In this document: piece after piece, positions 39,501 to 54,500 of the stretch
Position numbering within the stretch: position 1 is the first letter of the stretch
Layout: every line of letters begins with the position of its first letter
Assembly: GCF_022045235.1 (NCBI RefSeq)
Contig: NW_027266273.1
Location: 4,712,001 to 4,776,000, forward strand
Reading direction: 5' to 3'
DNA from: Haliotis cracherodii
Taxonomy: Eukaryota
Length of the DNA stretch: 64,000 nucleotides
Notes under the pieces: model-generated
What the model was told of the DNA's origin: nothing
The model's database searches: none
Seen by the model: the letters and a program-made list of their open reading frames with translations, nothing else
Translations under genes and position numbers: made by a program

Positions 39501-42500
39501 CATGCACAAAGCGCTCTAAGCGTTAAGATGATCTTAACTCCCAAACTATAACATAGGCTTACGATAGTCTTAGCGCTAAGATCGCTTTTTGTAGGTGGGC
39601 CCAGGTATTATCTGTATAATAGTATGACAAGATACTAATGCTATGATGACAGCAAGGCTCCACACCTTGTGTATAGATGTTAACAAGCTTGTACATTCAT
39701 GCTCATTGCATCAACGGGACCAAGCCAGTGCATGTTGTGCAATAATCATCCATGTCAGTATCTAAATCATGTGGATGCTGTGGCCCTTGTTGTCTACAAG
39801 TGGTATTTTGCTCACCTGATTGTCAAACTGTGGCTATGCTGTCTTTAACCAGTGAAGACTCTTGTTCCCCTTGGTGCAATGTATACCGTCACGCAAAATG
39901 TCGAATGCTCACGTATATGCCGCATTTTTGCTCCCGCAGCCCCGACCCAAGACTGACCTTGACCTTGATGTCACAGATGTAAGTAACGCTTCTGCACTTG
40001 TTGTCAAATGTGAAACCATATCCTCTAGACTTGAATCGTGAATGCTCTTGTATTAGGAGTTCTCTCCCCTTGTGTGATATGAATTTTAAAAATGTTTAGT
40101 TCTTCAAACGCGTCGGAATTTGATTCAGAATTCTGATGGTGATAGGAATTTATCATTTTGAAGTTTTATCTCATTCTATTTTTTCATTCATCGTCCTTGA
40201 AAGAAAAAGAACTATGACACCATTTTTTTATTTTAACATTATTTCTCTTATAAATGTTTGAAAATAGCTTCGATGTAATATATCTACTTCCTGAAGTGCT
40301 TCTTAGCTGAACATAGAAATATTAATTTCATACCAGCTTGCTAACCAATGAGCCATTTGCTAATATATCACATTAGGCTACTTTTTTATTTCAAATACAT
40401 ATCTTGTGATCGCCATCTGATGCCAACAAGAATGTGTTTTCAATCCTGGGTTGTATCTGTTCAAGGATTGAACAACTTTAGATACAGATATGTGTTAAGA
40501 GCTTTAAATATTGTCAGTGGTTTTCACCAATGTGACAGTGATGGTTGTTTGTTTGTTGTTTAACGCCGCACTCAGCAATATTCCAGCTATATGAAGGCGG
40601 TCTGTAAAAAATCAAGTCTGGACCAGACAATCCAGTGATTGACATCATGAGCATCAATCCACGCCAATGGGATCGTTGACAAGCTTCAACCAAGTCAGCG
40701 AGCCTGACCACCCGATCCCATTAGTCGTCTCTTACGACAAGCATTGTCGTCTTTTATGACAAGCATGGGTTTGTGATGTGGAAGTATGCGATGCTACGTG
40801 GCCACTAACAACATCTTGTCGTCGGTATGTTCCAGGGGGCAGCAGAGAAGAAGTTGAAGGGAGTGAAGCTGTGTCGCCAGGGTCACAAGGACTACCGGGA
40901 CAGGACCAGACACAAGGTAACGTGGAGTAACACAATAGGAAGCACACATGCTGGCCAAGCTTGGCAACATTGCAGGGATTTGTGTAGGATTCTGAACTGA
41001 GAGCCCTTGACAGGCAAACTGGGGAAAATGATTGTTTTATACTAAATGAGAAATTTAAAAAAGAATTCTGAGGTTCTAACTAAAAAATTTAAAAACAACT
41101 CTCAGTAATGTTAAACTAAGGATTAAAGTGTTTTCCTTCATGTTGGTCCTATCAGTGAAATGATTGTGAACTTTCAAAGACAGAACATTAGCTATAACTA
41201 AAATAGCATTAACTGTAAAATCTTTAATTCCAATTCAGAACTTTTAACTGACATTTGCTGCAGGTTTTAGGCCTTATAGCAGGACTAGATAAACCTCAGA
41301 AATGTGTCAAAATTTTTAAATGGTTTGGATGTTAAGTTTTACTTTTTTTATGTTAAACATTCTGTATTTCTGAGCCTATTATTTTTTGTAAATGAAGAAT
41401 GATTAGGAAAACTGTTATATTTTCAAATTTTCAGTTTGCAATTACCATGGTATCCCTCCTTTTATGTCTAAACAGAAAACTGACAGAACTAACCACAACT
41501 CTAAAAAGAACACTGGTCTTTGTTTGGAAAAGTCATCATGCTTTTGGTCAAGATTTGATTTTGATGAGTTTTGTGTTTCCCTGTTTCAGGAGGATGAGCT
41601 GGACGTTCTCCCCATTGGCCGCCTGTCTCGGGACAGTGCTGTCTTCAGGAAAGAGGGCGAGCTCGGCATACTGGCACGCAACCTTGTCATGGGTAGGTAC
41701 TTCACAACAATCATAATCAGGAGATGATATTTTGAAAAGAATAACTGCTTTTGAACTTCAGAACTGTATGTTAATTAATGTTGACACAAGCCTGAAACAT
41801 GATGAACTAGGTTGAGTGACAGATGAATTAAATGAATAGTTTATATATTGGTTAACTTGTGCATTTAGAACAGTGTTGCATTGTTTGTGTATATATGTGG
41901 TGTGAAAACATTAAAAAATATCCTGGTCACAATATCAAAATAGGTGATTTTTTTTCTAACTTAGCTGACTGTTTTGTTTTAGTTACTTGGTTTACAGATC
42001 CATCAAATATTTCAAAATCATTGAATAAAGTAAGGTTTTTAGTCTATTTTTAACCACCCAAATCTGTCCTTATAAACAATATCTTGTCAAACAATGTACT
42101 GTTTGACAGTTTATCAGTTTTGGCGAACATTTATGAAAGAGAAACAGTTGTTCGACAAATAACTGATCTCGCCAGAAGTCCAAATCTTGCTTGTTTTAGA
42201 AAGGAAAAATGTCATAGGTGGCCATTTTGAAATGTCTGATAATTTTCATGTGAGTTTCACTAAACTTATAAATGTAACACCCACTAATTAAGCCCTTAAA
42301 TGATCCTACCTTTAATGATCCTACCTTTAATGATCCTGCCTTAATTTGAACCACTGGTTGAATCCTGGAGATATGGGGTAAAATCTGTATACCAAATAAT
42401 AAACAAAAAAGGCCTAATGGATGATAGTCAAGGAGATCTGGACAACACTGTATATCAGTATGTGAGAATGGCCTGAGGTATACATATGGTATTGGGGCCT

Positions 42501-45500
42501 GCAATCTCCAGTCTTTGTATGGTAGACCGGTGGTATAGATGCTAGTTACCTGACACCTTGTTAATACCACTGGGTAAACATAGGTACATCTTTAACTGGT
42601 TACCTAAAGGTCATAATAGGCTATGCCACATCTGGTTGTATTTTCTCATGAAGTGAATATCAGTCAGTAAGAAGATAGTACTGCGGTCAATAAGAGGTGG
42701 ATTTGTTTCAGTATAGTGTTTTGAAACCTGAGTGGAATATATATAGTATCCAGTCTGGGTTTTGTTTCATAATGTCATTAATGAGATGGCGATTTATTGT
42801 AAATACTGAGAAGAAACGAATATTCAAGTTTTGAAAGAGATGTTGATTCCCTGTGTTGTGTCCACAGAACTGCCAGAACATGCCCCCATTGTGTACGAAG
42901 AACTGGATGATGTCACAGGTTACGAGGGGTCAAGGACACAGTTGGCATGCAAAATCATTGGGAAACCAGCCGCAGAAATCATGTGGTAAGTTGGTGTGAA
43001 TTTGTATTGTTTGAAATATTCGCAAGGGCAGATCCAGAGGCATGTTTCAGCACGGCTGATTTCTCAGATGTGTGTTCCGATGTACAATTTTGTACAATGT
43101 TTGTGCCACGTTATATAGAAATACAAGCCCTGTATACAAGTCTCTCCTTGTATACTCTGAATTGATTTACGATTTCAGTTGTCAGGTACCCTAAGGTATT
43201 TGTGGGTGGAATAGATCCCTAGTATGTATATTCATTGTAAGAGAGGGGCACGGGTGTCCCAGTCGTCTAAGGGGTAGAGTTGTGCAGAGTTGCATCCCTT
43301 GGGCACGCCAGAAACCTATGATTTTGGGTTCGAATTCCAGTGCTCTGATTATGTTTCTAGGTATGTCAGGACCATACCCATGCTCGTGGGTTTCACCGAA
43401 GTGGTTAACGTCTGAGACCTGCATCACTTCGGGCTTTCCTCCCACATTAAGCTGACACGCCGTGATATAACTGAAATACTGTTAAAAGCGGCGTTAAACC
43501 CAACTCCCTCACTCATTGTAAGAGCCAGCTAATTGGGGATCAGGTAGTTACTGTCTGTGTGACCTGGGCCCATTCTATAAAGTGTTCGCAACTCTTACAC
43601 AATTATATATCCAATACATAAACAGAGACATACATTCATTGTAGCGCTAAGATTACTTCATGGAATGATTTTCTCCCTGAGTGAAATTGCTCTCATTTGC
43701 ATTTTTGATAGTAGAGTGGATCTGCCCTTGATATTAAATTTTCAAAATATTGGCTTTATGTACACAGTAAGTCTGAGGTACTCTGGTTGGTTTATAAAAA
43801 ATTTGTGCAACAAAGCAAAATTGTGGACAGTGTTACACACTTAAATGTGTGATTCACGCAGCTTCAGGTGGAAGATTTAAGCCAGTAGTCAGCCTCTTAT
43901 TCAGGTGCACATTATGAAGACTGTGGGTATACCTATCAAGGTGCAGTACTTGATGTACCTATGTGCTCATCCTCAAGACAAGAATATCCCAGATTATCAC
44001 AGCTTCTCTTCCATGCTGTGTATTTTGGCAGCGCTGATGATGAGAGTTACACCTTTACCAGCACTTCTGCACGTGTTATGACATTATTTGTGCATCACAA
44101 AACAGATGCACATCTTGATGCAGAGATCTGACATTCAAGTACGTGATAACTTGTGGGTTGTATAACATAAAGTCATTCAGTGCCACTTAGGCCAACCTCA
44201 TTGCATTGTGGTAGGAATCTGCAGTTGAAGGATTTGATACACTCAGAAACACTGGATCGAGTGAGTTTGGCTTAACAGTATTCCAGGTACATCAGACGTG
44301 TTAGTTTAATGTGGGAGGAAAGCTCAAAGTGATGCAGGTATCAGACGTTTTCCAGGGATATGGTGTGGACAAACCTAGAAACATCATTGGGATGAACCAG
44401 GATTCAAACCAGGTTCTGTTATCCCAAAGGATGCAACTCTGCGCAGCAAAGTGGGCCACCTGTGTCCAACCAAAATCACGGGAAAGAGATAAACAACACT
44501 TTTTCAGACACAAGCTTTTTGTCCTTTTCATTTTTTGGCCCCATCTTTACATTTCATGGAATAAAACTTGCATTACAATACATGGTGTTTTGATTGTAAT
44601 AGGTAAACAAGAAATAGGTCACATCCCGTCATTATTATCTTTGTTCTGCTGAAGTCGAGGTGGTTTTAATGGAAAATACGTGGTGGTGTTATAGGGAAGA
44701 CATGGTTTTACTGGGGAAGATGTGTGGTGTTATGGGGAAGATGTTCTTTTACTGGGAAAGATGTGTGGTGTTATGGGGAAGACATGGTTTTACTGGAGAA
44801 GATGTGTGGTGTTATTGGGAAGACATGGTTTTACTGGGGAAGATGTGTGGTATTATGGGGAAGACATGGTTTTACATGGGAAGATGTGTGGTGTTATGGG
44901 GAAGACATGGTTTTACTGGGGAAGATGTGTGGTGTTATGGGGAAGACATGGTTTTACTGGGGAAGATGTGTGGTGGTGGTGATGCCGTTTGTCTATGTAG
45001 AAGAAGTATGCTGGGTAGTCATTACAAGTCCCATGGTTTGTACTCAGCCTGTCTGCAATGTTATTCTTCGCTATTTGATCTGATGAGGTTCCAGAATCAT
45101 TCATTGGCTTCATCACCTGCGCTGAACAGATGGTATATGAGCCATTAGATGGTTGCTTAACGAAGAGATGCTCCATCATGAGAAGGCACACCGGTTGTGC
45201 AAGTAAATGTCCTTTACATATTTTAATGTAGTTTTCAAGGTTCTTTAAGCTGAGGAGAATGATAAATTAGGTACTTTACACATTTTCGGATTCAATCTTG
45301 CTGATGACAGCTGCTCTTTTTATGGATTAAGTGGTTTGTTTTAATCAAGTTAGCCACTTAAGATTAGTGTTTCGATGACAAAAACTCTTTTCAAACAACA
45401 CATCCCTGATGTCAACTGTTCACCTACTGTAGACTTATTCTGCTATTCTGGTCATGGTCATATTGGACACTACTTGAAGGTCAGCTGAGAGAGCACTGTG

Positions 45501-48500
45501 TGGCCATGTCTGGCTACAGTGGCTGGGGTCCTGTGTATGAGGACTTCTACAGCACCATGAGGTATGACCTAAAGTTGCGAGATGGTCGTATGCCTTTACT
45601 TCAACACTTTTCGAGTTTCGTCTCTGGGAGCTATGTTGTAAGCACTGGAGTTAAAGTGCATTCCCGTAGATGTCGATTCAGATCCAACTACAGGTAAATA
45701 ATTGTCACTGCATACCAGTTTCAAACAGTCACATCATGATATGCAAGGTATTTCTTTCTCTCAGTATGATATGGACCAAGTCTTCACTAATTTTAGACTT
45801 TTTGTCTTCATTTTTGTGAAGCACAGAATTTTCTTCCTATTGAAGTAAAATTCATTGGATGACCTTCAAACATGTCAAAATGTCATCGTTTATTTAAAGC
45901 AGATATGATATAAGGCCCTATGCCTTTTGTCTTGTGTGCTCCTAAGCCACTGTAACAGATATGTTATTGGGACAATACCATCTGTTTGTTGGCTTATAAG
46001 CCACCTTAAGAGAAATGTGATCAGGACAATACCATCTTTTTGTGTACTGATAGGCCAATGTAACAGATATGTTATTTGGACAATATCATCTGTTTGTGTG
46101 CTTATAAGCCACTGTAACATATATGTAATTTCATGGACAGTATCATCTTTTTTGTACTTATAGGCCACTATAGGGACGGTCGGGTAGCCTAGTGGTTAAA
46201 GCGTTCGCTCGTCACGCCGAAGACCCGGGTTCGATTCCCAACATGGGTACAATGTGTGAAGCCCATTTCCGGTGTCCCCCGCCATGATATTGCTGGAATA
46301 TTGCTAAAAGCGGCGTAAAACCAAACTCACTCACTAACTCACTATAGGCCACTATAAGAGATATGTTATTTGGACAGTATCATCTGGATGTGTGCTTATA
46401 AACCACTGTTAGGTATACAAGTCCCAATACCATATTCTTGTGTACTTATAAGCCACTGTAACAGATGTACTACAAGTCTCAATACCATGTTGTGAACTTA
46501 TAAGCCATTTGAACAGATATGTTATTGCAGCCATTCCTTCTTCTCGTATGCTTACAAGCCTCTTGAACAGATATGTTACTGGTCCAAGTTCCACCTTCTC
46601 ATGCTCTCATAAGAATGATATAAACATCCCAGTGTGTCTGACATTTGTGTGGGGGACCCCATGTCTAACACAGGTAGACTGTGAGTGGCTCTCTTACGTC
46701 TGTGTGTTAGGTCCCTGCAACAAATGCCACATGAAATGAGAGATATCTACTGGTAGACATGATGGAAATATCAAACATAGTTTCTTTGTGAGTAACACAA
46801 AGTCCCAAACTGAGATGGGATGACAGGCATCATGGTGGTGTTTGTAGAAAATGAACTTACGTAAGTTGTTTTTGAGAGCATTGTTGTATTGAAAACTGTT
46901 TTTAATGATTGAAGTACAGACAAAATTATGTTATTTAAGATCAAACGACGAGTGAAAGTTGTTTATCATACAGAAGTGTTTTATTGTATGATATACAACG
47001 ACCACGAGTCATTTATTTCTTATTTGAAATATCAACATTATGAACAGCCTCTTTGGGGATGTTAATATAATGTATAAGTTTTAAAAATATTTATCCAAAT
47101 TTAAATAATGATGGGACCCTGAATACAGTTTGATTTCGGCAGTGTTGGACGAGTCTCTTATGTGAAAAGTGGGGTTAAGTTTGGTATTCCCCTGATATTC
47201 TCAGAATTTTCTCGTTGATTTTTTGTTCCTTATTCTCCTAATTCCGATAACTATTATCCTCAAAATGAAGCCGGGTTTTTTTCATACTGAAAAAAATTAC
47301 TCTTAACACATACTGTTGGTTGTGAAGTGCTGTGGCTTCAAAAAACGATGTGAAACTATTTCAGCAATTTAAACAACACGGACACTAGCTATCAAATAGA
47401 AAGATTCACAAGGTGACCTACATGTTGGGACTGACTGCATATGTTGTGAGGTATGTGTCCTGGTCTGCAGCCATAGAAACAAAACTTGAACTTGAGGAGG
47501 ATATTGAGTTAAAAATGCTAATTTCTGTCAGTTATCATCTGAGTAAACAGTGGGTGTGGTTGAAACCCTCATCAGACTACCACCATTCCAACAGATGATT
47601 AATGTGTGAAGAGAGAGGTTTCACAGAGCTATATCTAGACACAGGTGATTGTGTTGCTGCACAGGTGGTGGTGAGATGTACGCCACTGTGGGGGATGCAA
47701 GCGTTATCACATGGGGAGTAGTGATGGACTGTATGCCTCCAAGGTGTTACTGATAGGCGGGACTGTGTTACCGTGTTATGACGTTAGTTGTGAGTTAATG
47801 TTCTGCTGTCATGAGAGCACTGTTAAACATGTTATTTTGAATGAGGTTTGAATGTTTCAAGTTCCTGACATTTCTGGCATTGTTTAAATTTTAGCTAAGG
47901 CGTTCCATTATTTGCATGGTTTATGGATCCAATGACCTTAAGCACTGAAAATTCAGAAAAAAATGAAATCAGAGTCACAGACTTTTTCCATACCACCGAC
48001 TGTAAAGTTCGCTTTGACAATAAAATTGACAGTAGAATGCCGCTGTCATTTTTTTACAAATATAATATTTGTAAGGATCTGAACCAGGGCAAGGTTATTA
48101 TGTTATTTTTTTTCACATTCCAACCCAAATCCAATTTTAGGATGATTACAAAAATCCTGTAACATGCATCTTTTTTGTTGGGGCTGTCCTCAAGTCCTGC
48201 ACAACATCACGACAAATAGCTGCACGCTTCCTTAGTCTCTCGCTCATGTACAATATGAGTGCTCGACTAACTTCCAGATCAGGAATTTAAATAGTTAATA
48301 TGTAAATGTTCTGAAGAAGGCGATATTCAAATGTTGTAATTACCATGAATACAACAATGTTTTCACCTAAAAAAATAACCCCTGGTGTAGCTTTCAAATT
48401 GTAATAATTTGTAGCTATATAACATTGAATTGAATCAATACAACAATCAACAAGTACCAAGAGGAGAAATCAAACTAAATGGATATTCATATTAACAATA

Positions 48501-51500
48501 ATTAAAGCATCATTGATGGATGGGGAATGCTTAAATGGATTTGTTGTGCTCTTACAATTATGTTGGATTTTCTATCAATTCAGTTTCACTCCTTCATGTT
48601 TTTGAAGTACAGGTTAATGCACCTTTTCAATCAGTTTTCACTTACCTCCATCTTTCATGAATGTTAGATATCCCTGCCCAAAAATTATAAATTATTAGTA
48701 TATATATCATATATCATATGGTATAAGGGGCAGTGGGGTAGCCTAGTGGGTAAAGTGATCGCTGGTCTTGCTGAAGACCTTGGTTTGATTCTCGACATGG
48801 GTTCAATGTGTGAAGCTCATTTCTAGTGTCCTCTGCTGCGATATTGCTGGAATATTGCTAAAAGTGGCGTGTAAGCCATACTCACTCACTCATATAGAAT
48901 AGTTAGTCTGTCTTACAGACCCTGATACAAATATATATCAAATACAGCCCATGCAAGTCTATAATGTTTGGCAAGTCTAGATTACTGCAGTAAATGAAAA
49001 TGAAGAGAATCACTGGGCACCTTTTTATTATATTTTATTAAGATAACTGAACAACTGGTTTTTTTCTGTACGATATGTTCATTTCATAGACTAGTCTAAT
49101 AGAATAGTATAAACAGTGGTTTGATTCATTACTATCTAGTATAAAGCCACACTGAAGACAATTAGCTGTCCGACTTTAGTGGATGATGATACTGTTAACC
49201 CATTAATAAGAAGCATCGGATACAGTGATGCTTATGTTAAAGTCATCTTGATATGTAACTTACCTGCATATTTCAGTTCGTTTACCTGATGCCTGGCACG
49301 AAATAATCACCTGCTGCTGTGTATGCCATGTAGCAAGCCTTGGCAGGTGATGGGTGGGGTCGATTTAGTGATGAGAGAAGCATGCAGGAAGGGGGTTGTT
49401 TATCAGGGTCTGGTTGCTAATAGCAACGGTTCCAGTTTTACCCCCGAGAGGATGGTGTCAGGTTGGCTAATGTTTTAACTCCCGTCTTCATTCCTGCTAT
49501 GGAACTTGGTCCCTTCAGTACTTCTGAACCAGTTTTAGACCTATACTCACTCAATCACTGTCAAATTTATGCTGTTGTAAAGCAACACTGTGAAACCTTT
49601 ATCATCCATTGCATTTGTACAACATGTCTTCACTGAACATTCCTCTGTAATTTAAAAACAAACACATTTAAATGTATTCAAATTTTTATCCAGACAATAA
49701 TGCTTTAGCCTTCAAGGAAAACCAAAAAATATTTGAGAGCTAAAATAAATCTAAATTGTTGCCAAAGTTATTTTAGGAGCCACCTGACACTGTTTCTACC
49801 TGCACGTGAGTGTTTGTAAGTATGTAGGCGTGTGTCTGGGGGAGTAGGTCAGTGTGTACCTCTCAAGGGGAATCTGCTGTAGGAGTCGGATGTCAGACAG
49901 ATAAACAACTTCTAGCATTGCCAATACTCCTTCAGTAATCATGCTTTCACTGGCTTATTTTCGGGCTGGTACAGGAGCATGTGACTAGTGTACCTTTAGA
50001 AGGGCGTTACTGCTATATATTCCTATCTTACAGTGTTGTTGGGTTTATTTCTCGGCTAGGAATTCCTACGGAATAATAATGATTATTTCATTTGAAATGT
50101 TCAAATTCTTTAGGTATAAGTGAAATTTAAATGAAATTTAAAAAATAACATATTAAGATGAACATTTAGGATGTAAGTTTGACAGTGTAATGAATACCAG
50201 GTCAATACAAGGTATTTATTTTCCAGTAATTCAAGATCACATGTCTGATATTGTAGAATAGGAAAATACTTTTTATAAGTAAATAATTATGGTATTAAAT
50301 ATTTTGACAATATGATGCGTATTCTGGTAGGATGGAGTGTTCTTTATGATTCACCAAGGTACGTGCTTTGTGGTAATGTTTCCCCTGACATTTTAACTAA
50401 TTTCCTGCGATTCCGAAACGAAAGGTCACTGCTTACGTCAGTGTACCCTGTCACTTGTACAGAGCAGTCAGAGTTGTTGGTCTTGAATCTCTGCCAGTTG
50501 GACACCAGGTGGCGCTGTTTTGGTCATGCTCAGGCAATGAATCGCCAGTATATGGTTTCTCAACATTCACAGAATAACAAGTTATCAAACTAATCTGATA
50601 ATAAGAAATGCCAGAAATATTTACAACCGAAGATTAAATTCAGATTCAAATATAGAAAATTATCTATTCTTCTATGATAAAGGAACTTATAAAGTATGTT
50701 TTATGTATGTAAGACATGTAACTTCTTTAAATGTTTTATTGGTAATGAGACTTAGGAATGTGCAGATTATAAATATTGTGGGCTGGTTTGGCAATAAATA
50801 CCTGTAGTGGCTCGCTGGCTTAGCAGTTATATAACTCTGTGTTTATCATGAAAGATAATAAGGAGCTACATGCTTGAGGCTGTGTTAATTATGGTGGTTC
50901 AAGGCAGTGGAGGAATGGTTGTGATCACACTTTTTATCATCAAACTCCGATATCAAACTGTGAGGTTGATGTATGTGGAGGTTGTTGATGTATGTGGAGG
51001 TTGCATGGGCTATGTTAGAACATATTCTTAGTTTCTTCTCACATTCCTTGTTTATGTCAATAAATATTTACTTTTTCTTCATCATGAGATGATATGAACA
51101 TATTTGACAAGACAGTATAAGTATTATATTCATTTAATACTACCCAATGAAGATCGGTCTTCGACAACCCATACTTGTCCCAGTAGGTGACTAACAAGAC
51201 TGAGTTGGTGCATGTCATCATATCAGCATAGATCAATGCTCATGATGTCAGTCTTTGGATTGTTTGATTCAGACTTGATTCTTTACAGACCGCTGCAATA
51301 TATCTGGCATATTCCAGATTGGGGCTTTAAACAAGGAATGAACAAACCATCATTCAATTCTGAGAAATATTCTGGATTCTCATTCTGATTTGTTTTGGAG
51401 TGCCAAGAAGATTAAATAACAAGGTTTACACTACCAAGATAGTGAAAATCAATCTGGGATGCGGCCATTTGTGAGATGCTATGTATAGACACTAATGATC

Positions 51501-54500
51501 ACAAATGAGACAGAAGCTCTAAAATATCCAATAGCAGACCAAATTGCTCCAGACAACTTCAATGAGACCCAGCTAGTTCCCTGAGCAGAAACTCATTTCT
51601 GTCAGAGCAGATTACACCATGTGTGTACCATCCATTAAGTATTTCACAAACTCCTGGAATTTTTTACAACCAATCTCTTGAAGCTGCTTCAGTTTTCCGT
51701 CAGGAAGCGGGGCTGTTAAACCTGGCATGAATGAGGAGTTGGTAACATCTCTTGAAAGAAACAAGTGTTGGTATGCTGTTAAACAAACTGTAAACCCCAG
51801 ACTTCCAAGTACCCGTGGACAGCTTTTTATGCTACTCAGAAGAAGTTAAAAAACAACTGATTTTTCATGTGATTAGTTAATATGACATGGCTGGTAGGTA
51901 TTGCAACAAAGAGCCTTCCAATTGTGGGCTTGCTTTAACTTGTTTTGAGTATAGTATATATAAGGGTTCTTTCAACTCTGTTCAAAATCATTCAAAATTG
52001 TGTTTAAGATAAAGAATTGTAACCTTTTTGTAATTCTTTTAAAATATTTACCAAGAATTTGTTATACTTGTAGTGATATTTTTATGACATTAAGTGATAA
52101 ATTCCCATATAGAGGCATAGTCTTATGAATGTCAAGTACTGTATTTGTTGAATAAACAATTGTGTCAAAATAATAGCCAAAAAATAAATTGATCCAAATC
52201 AACACTCACTATCTCATGTTAATTGTTTAGTTCCATTATCTAAGTTAAGTCTATATATTTGCATATTTATCTACGGCAAGATCTACCTCTTTCAATACAA
52301 AACATATATGTAGCAAGCCAAGCTTCCTGCTTGTAAAATATACAAAGATGTTTCTGGTTCAAGAATCAAAGAAGCAACAAATCTTTAAATAACATTTTTC
52401 AGTCCTCATCACTGAAAGAATGCACAAAGCTATGGCGTAGTTTACGACTGACCTACTTAACTGTTGCACATAAACACTGGGAGAAAATAGTTTGATCTGA
52501 TGTAAAGCATGCGCAGTGGTTACCCTGTCGGGAAGCTATTGTCAGGAACAGGTGTAGATGATGCCGTCATCAGCAGCCATGGTGCAAGAAGCCCCTGATG
52601 GAAGATGACCCTCAATTATCTATAAACAGTCTCGATATAACACTGAGGACGAGCCAAGCTCTAACACTGTAGAGACTTTTTTTATGTACATGTCAACATT
52701 ATCTATTTAGAAAATTAAAAATAGATTCACCCTTAAATATTTATCCTGGTTCAAATTACTTTCTCTTAAGATTTTACTCTTTGCAATGCCATAATTAGAT
52801 TTTGGATCAATTTCAAGGTAATGATGATATATAGTTAGTTATGATGAAAGGAATATTTTCCAGTTTATCGACTGTTCTTAATAAACTATTAATTATCAGA
52901 TTATCTAGATAAAACCTATCATCAAGCATTCCATCCTTATCAAAATGTTCCAAAAATGTTGGTATGTTTCTTAATGAAAACGTCAAACATTTATGAATAG
53001 CATCAAATCAGGTAAAAATAGCTCCACCCAACAGTTTCATGCAAAACAAGTGTTAGACATTTTAAAGCCGTGATCCAATCCTGAAGGTCAGAGAGTAATA
53101 TTACAAGAGTATTTGTGTGGACAGGCGTGCCCCACATGTGTGTTATCACAGCCGATATCTCCCTGCAAGGTAGAACCTCTACAGGTATACCATCATGTCA
53201 GCTGGATGCGCCGACGTAACTAAAGGTTCCGTTCTTGGCACAGGCTTAGATCATTCCAGCTCTGACTTCCTCTGTTTTTTGTTGGCGTGTAGGTGAAATT
53301 CCTCCTCTCTTGCTCCTCACACAGTCTGGTAGCTTTAGATCGGTGTAGGCATTTGTTCTTTAATTCTCCCATTTCACGTTTTGGCGTAGATGTTTATCAC
53401 AGTTTTTTGTCTCGGATCCGGTGGAACAAACTGACTTTTGAGACACATCTTGGGTCTCGTTTCCATTTGAAGGGCACTTTTGATATTGGGATAAAGTTTG
53501 CTGTGGAGTTTTAATTTTCGGACCCTTCATTATATTCCTTGTTGGATATTTGGGTTTTCATCATCACAAAACCTGATTGTTCTGCTTTTCCATTTTGGAT
53601 GGACTGTGTGCTGTGACTTCAAAACCGTTTGGAGAGATTGTGTGGAGCTGTAGCTAATTTGGCTTGTTGAGTCACAAAGTTTTCGAGTTGTGACTCTTAT
53701 TCTTCATTGTGGATTAAAGTGACTAAGTCAGGTTGTGGTTTTGAAAATCAGTGAATATTCATTGTGGAATTTCGCACCACAATGAGCCAGGAATAATAAT
53801 ATTTTGAGAGTGATAATTTTTTTGTGGTGTTGTGTGAATCTAGCTACCTGCAATCATGAGTTTGATGTTTATTTTGCCCAATCATAAGTGCCCTTCAAAA
53901 GACTGTCCATTCCATGCATCCGAGATGTCATCCAAAAAGAAACTATTTGAGGCCCCTGCTGAAGAAATACAGCTAGCAGGGGCCACTGGTGCTGGAATTG
54001 AAGATGGTGGCAAATTGAGAAAAGGTCCAAAAAAGAAAATCCGAACGGCATGGAAGACTGCGGATGTGGAAGCTGAAGAAGAGAGAAGAGGAAGTATGAC
54101 AGGGAGTGTGGCTGAGGACGATGTTGTGACGGTGTTGTCTGTTGACACGGGTAATGAGTCGGGGTCAAGTGAGTGTGAGGCCAGGTTTACACTTGGGTCT
54201 GTGGCAAGTGACAAAGTAGATGTTGAAGACGTAGAAACTGAATTTTACGCCGACACTGGAATTGATTCCCTGGCTAGCGATGATGTACATTTGGATGATA
54301 TTCAGGAAGAAACCGCTGATATTGCCCTTACAAAACTTGAGAAAATTGAAGAAATGGAAATGCCACTTGTTGAACAAGATATTGAGGAGTTTGATGTGGA
54401 TGATATAAAAGAAGAAATAGTTTTTGCGACGGAACCTGAAGTTCCTCTTGTGAGTACTGCCACGGAACAGGAGCTCATTCTAAAGTCGGAGGAACAGGTT

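Noticed and set aside
43900-44145. GC-richer stretch with several ATGs and a GTACGT donor in the large intron
   Set aside because: The frames end in stops or reach the donor in phase 0, which is incompatible with the acceptor at 57492.
44660-45148. Three overlapping repetitive ORFs (162, 86 and 119 aa)
   Set aside because: They come from a stop-free 41-bp minisatellite; the unit is not a multiple of 3, so the same peptides cycle through all frames.
46173-46245. tRNA genes suggested by A/B boxes here and at 5308, 32727 and 63054
   Set aside because: These are SINE heads: they continue into shared bodies and tails and are flanked by TSDs.
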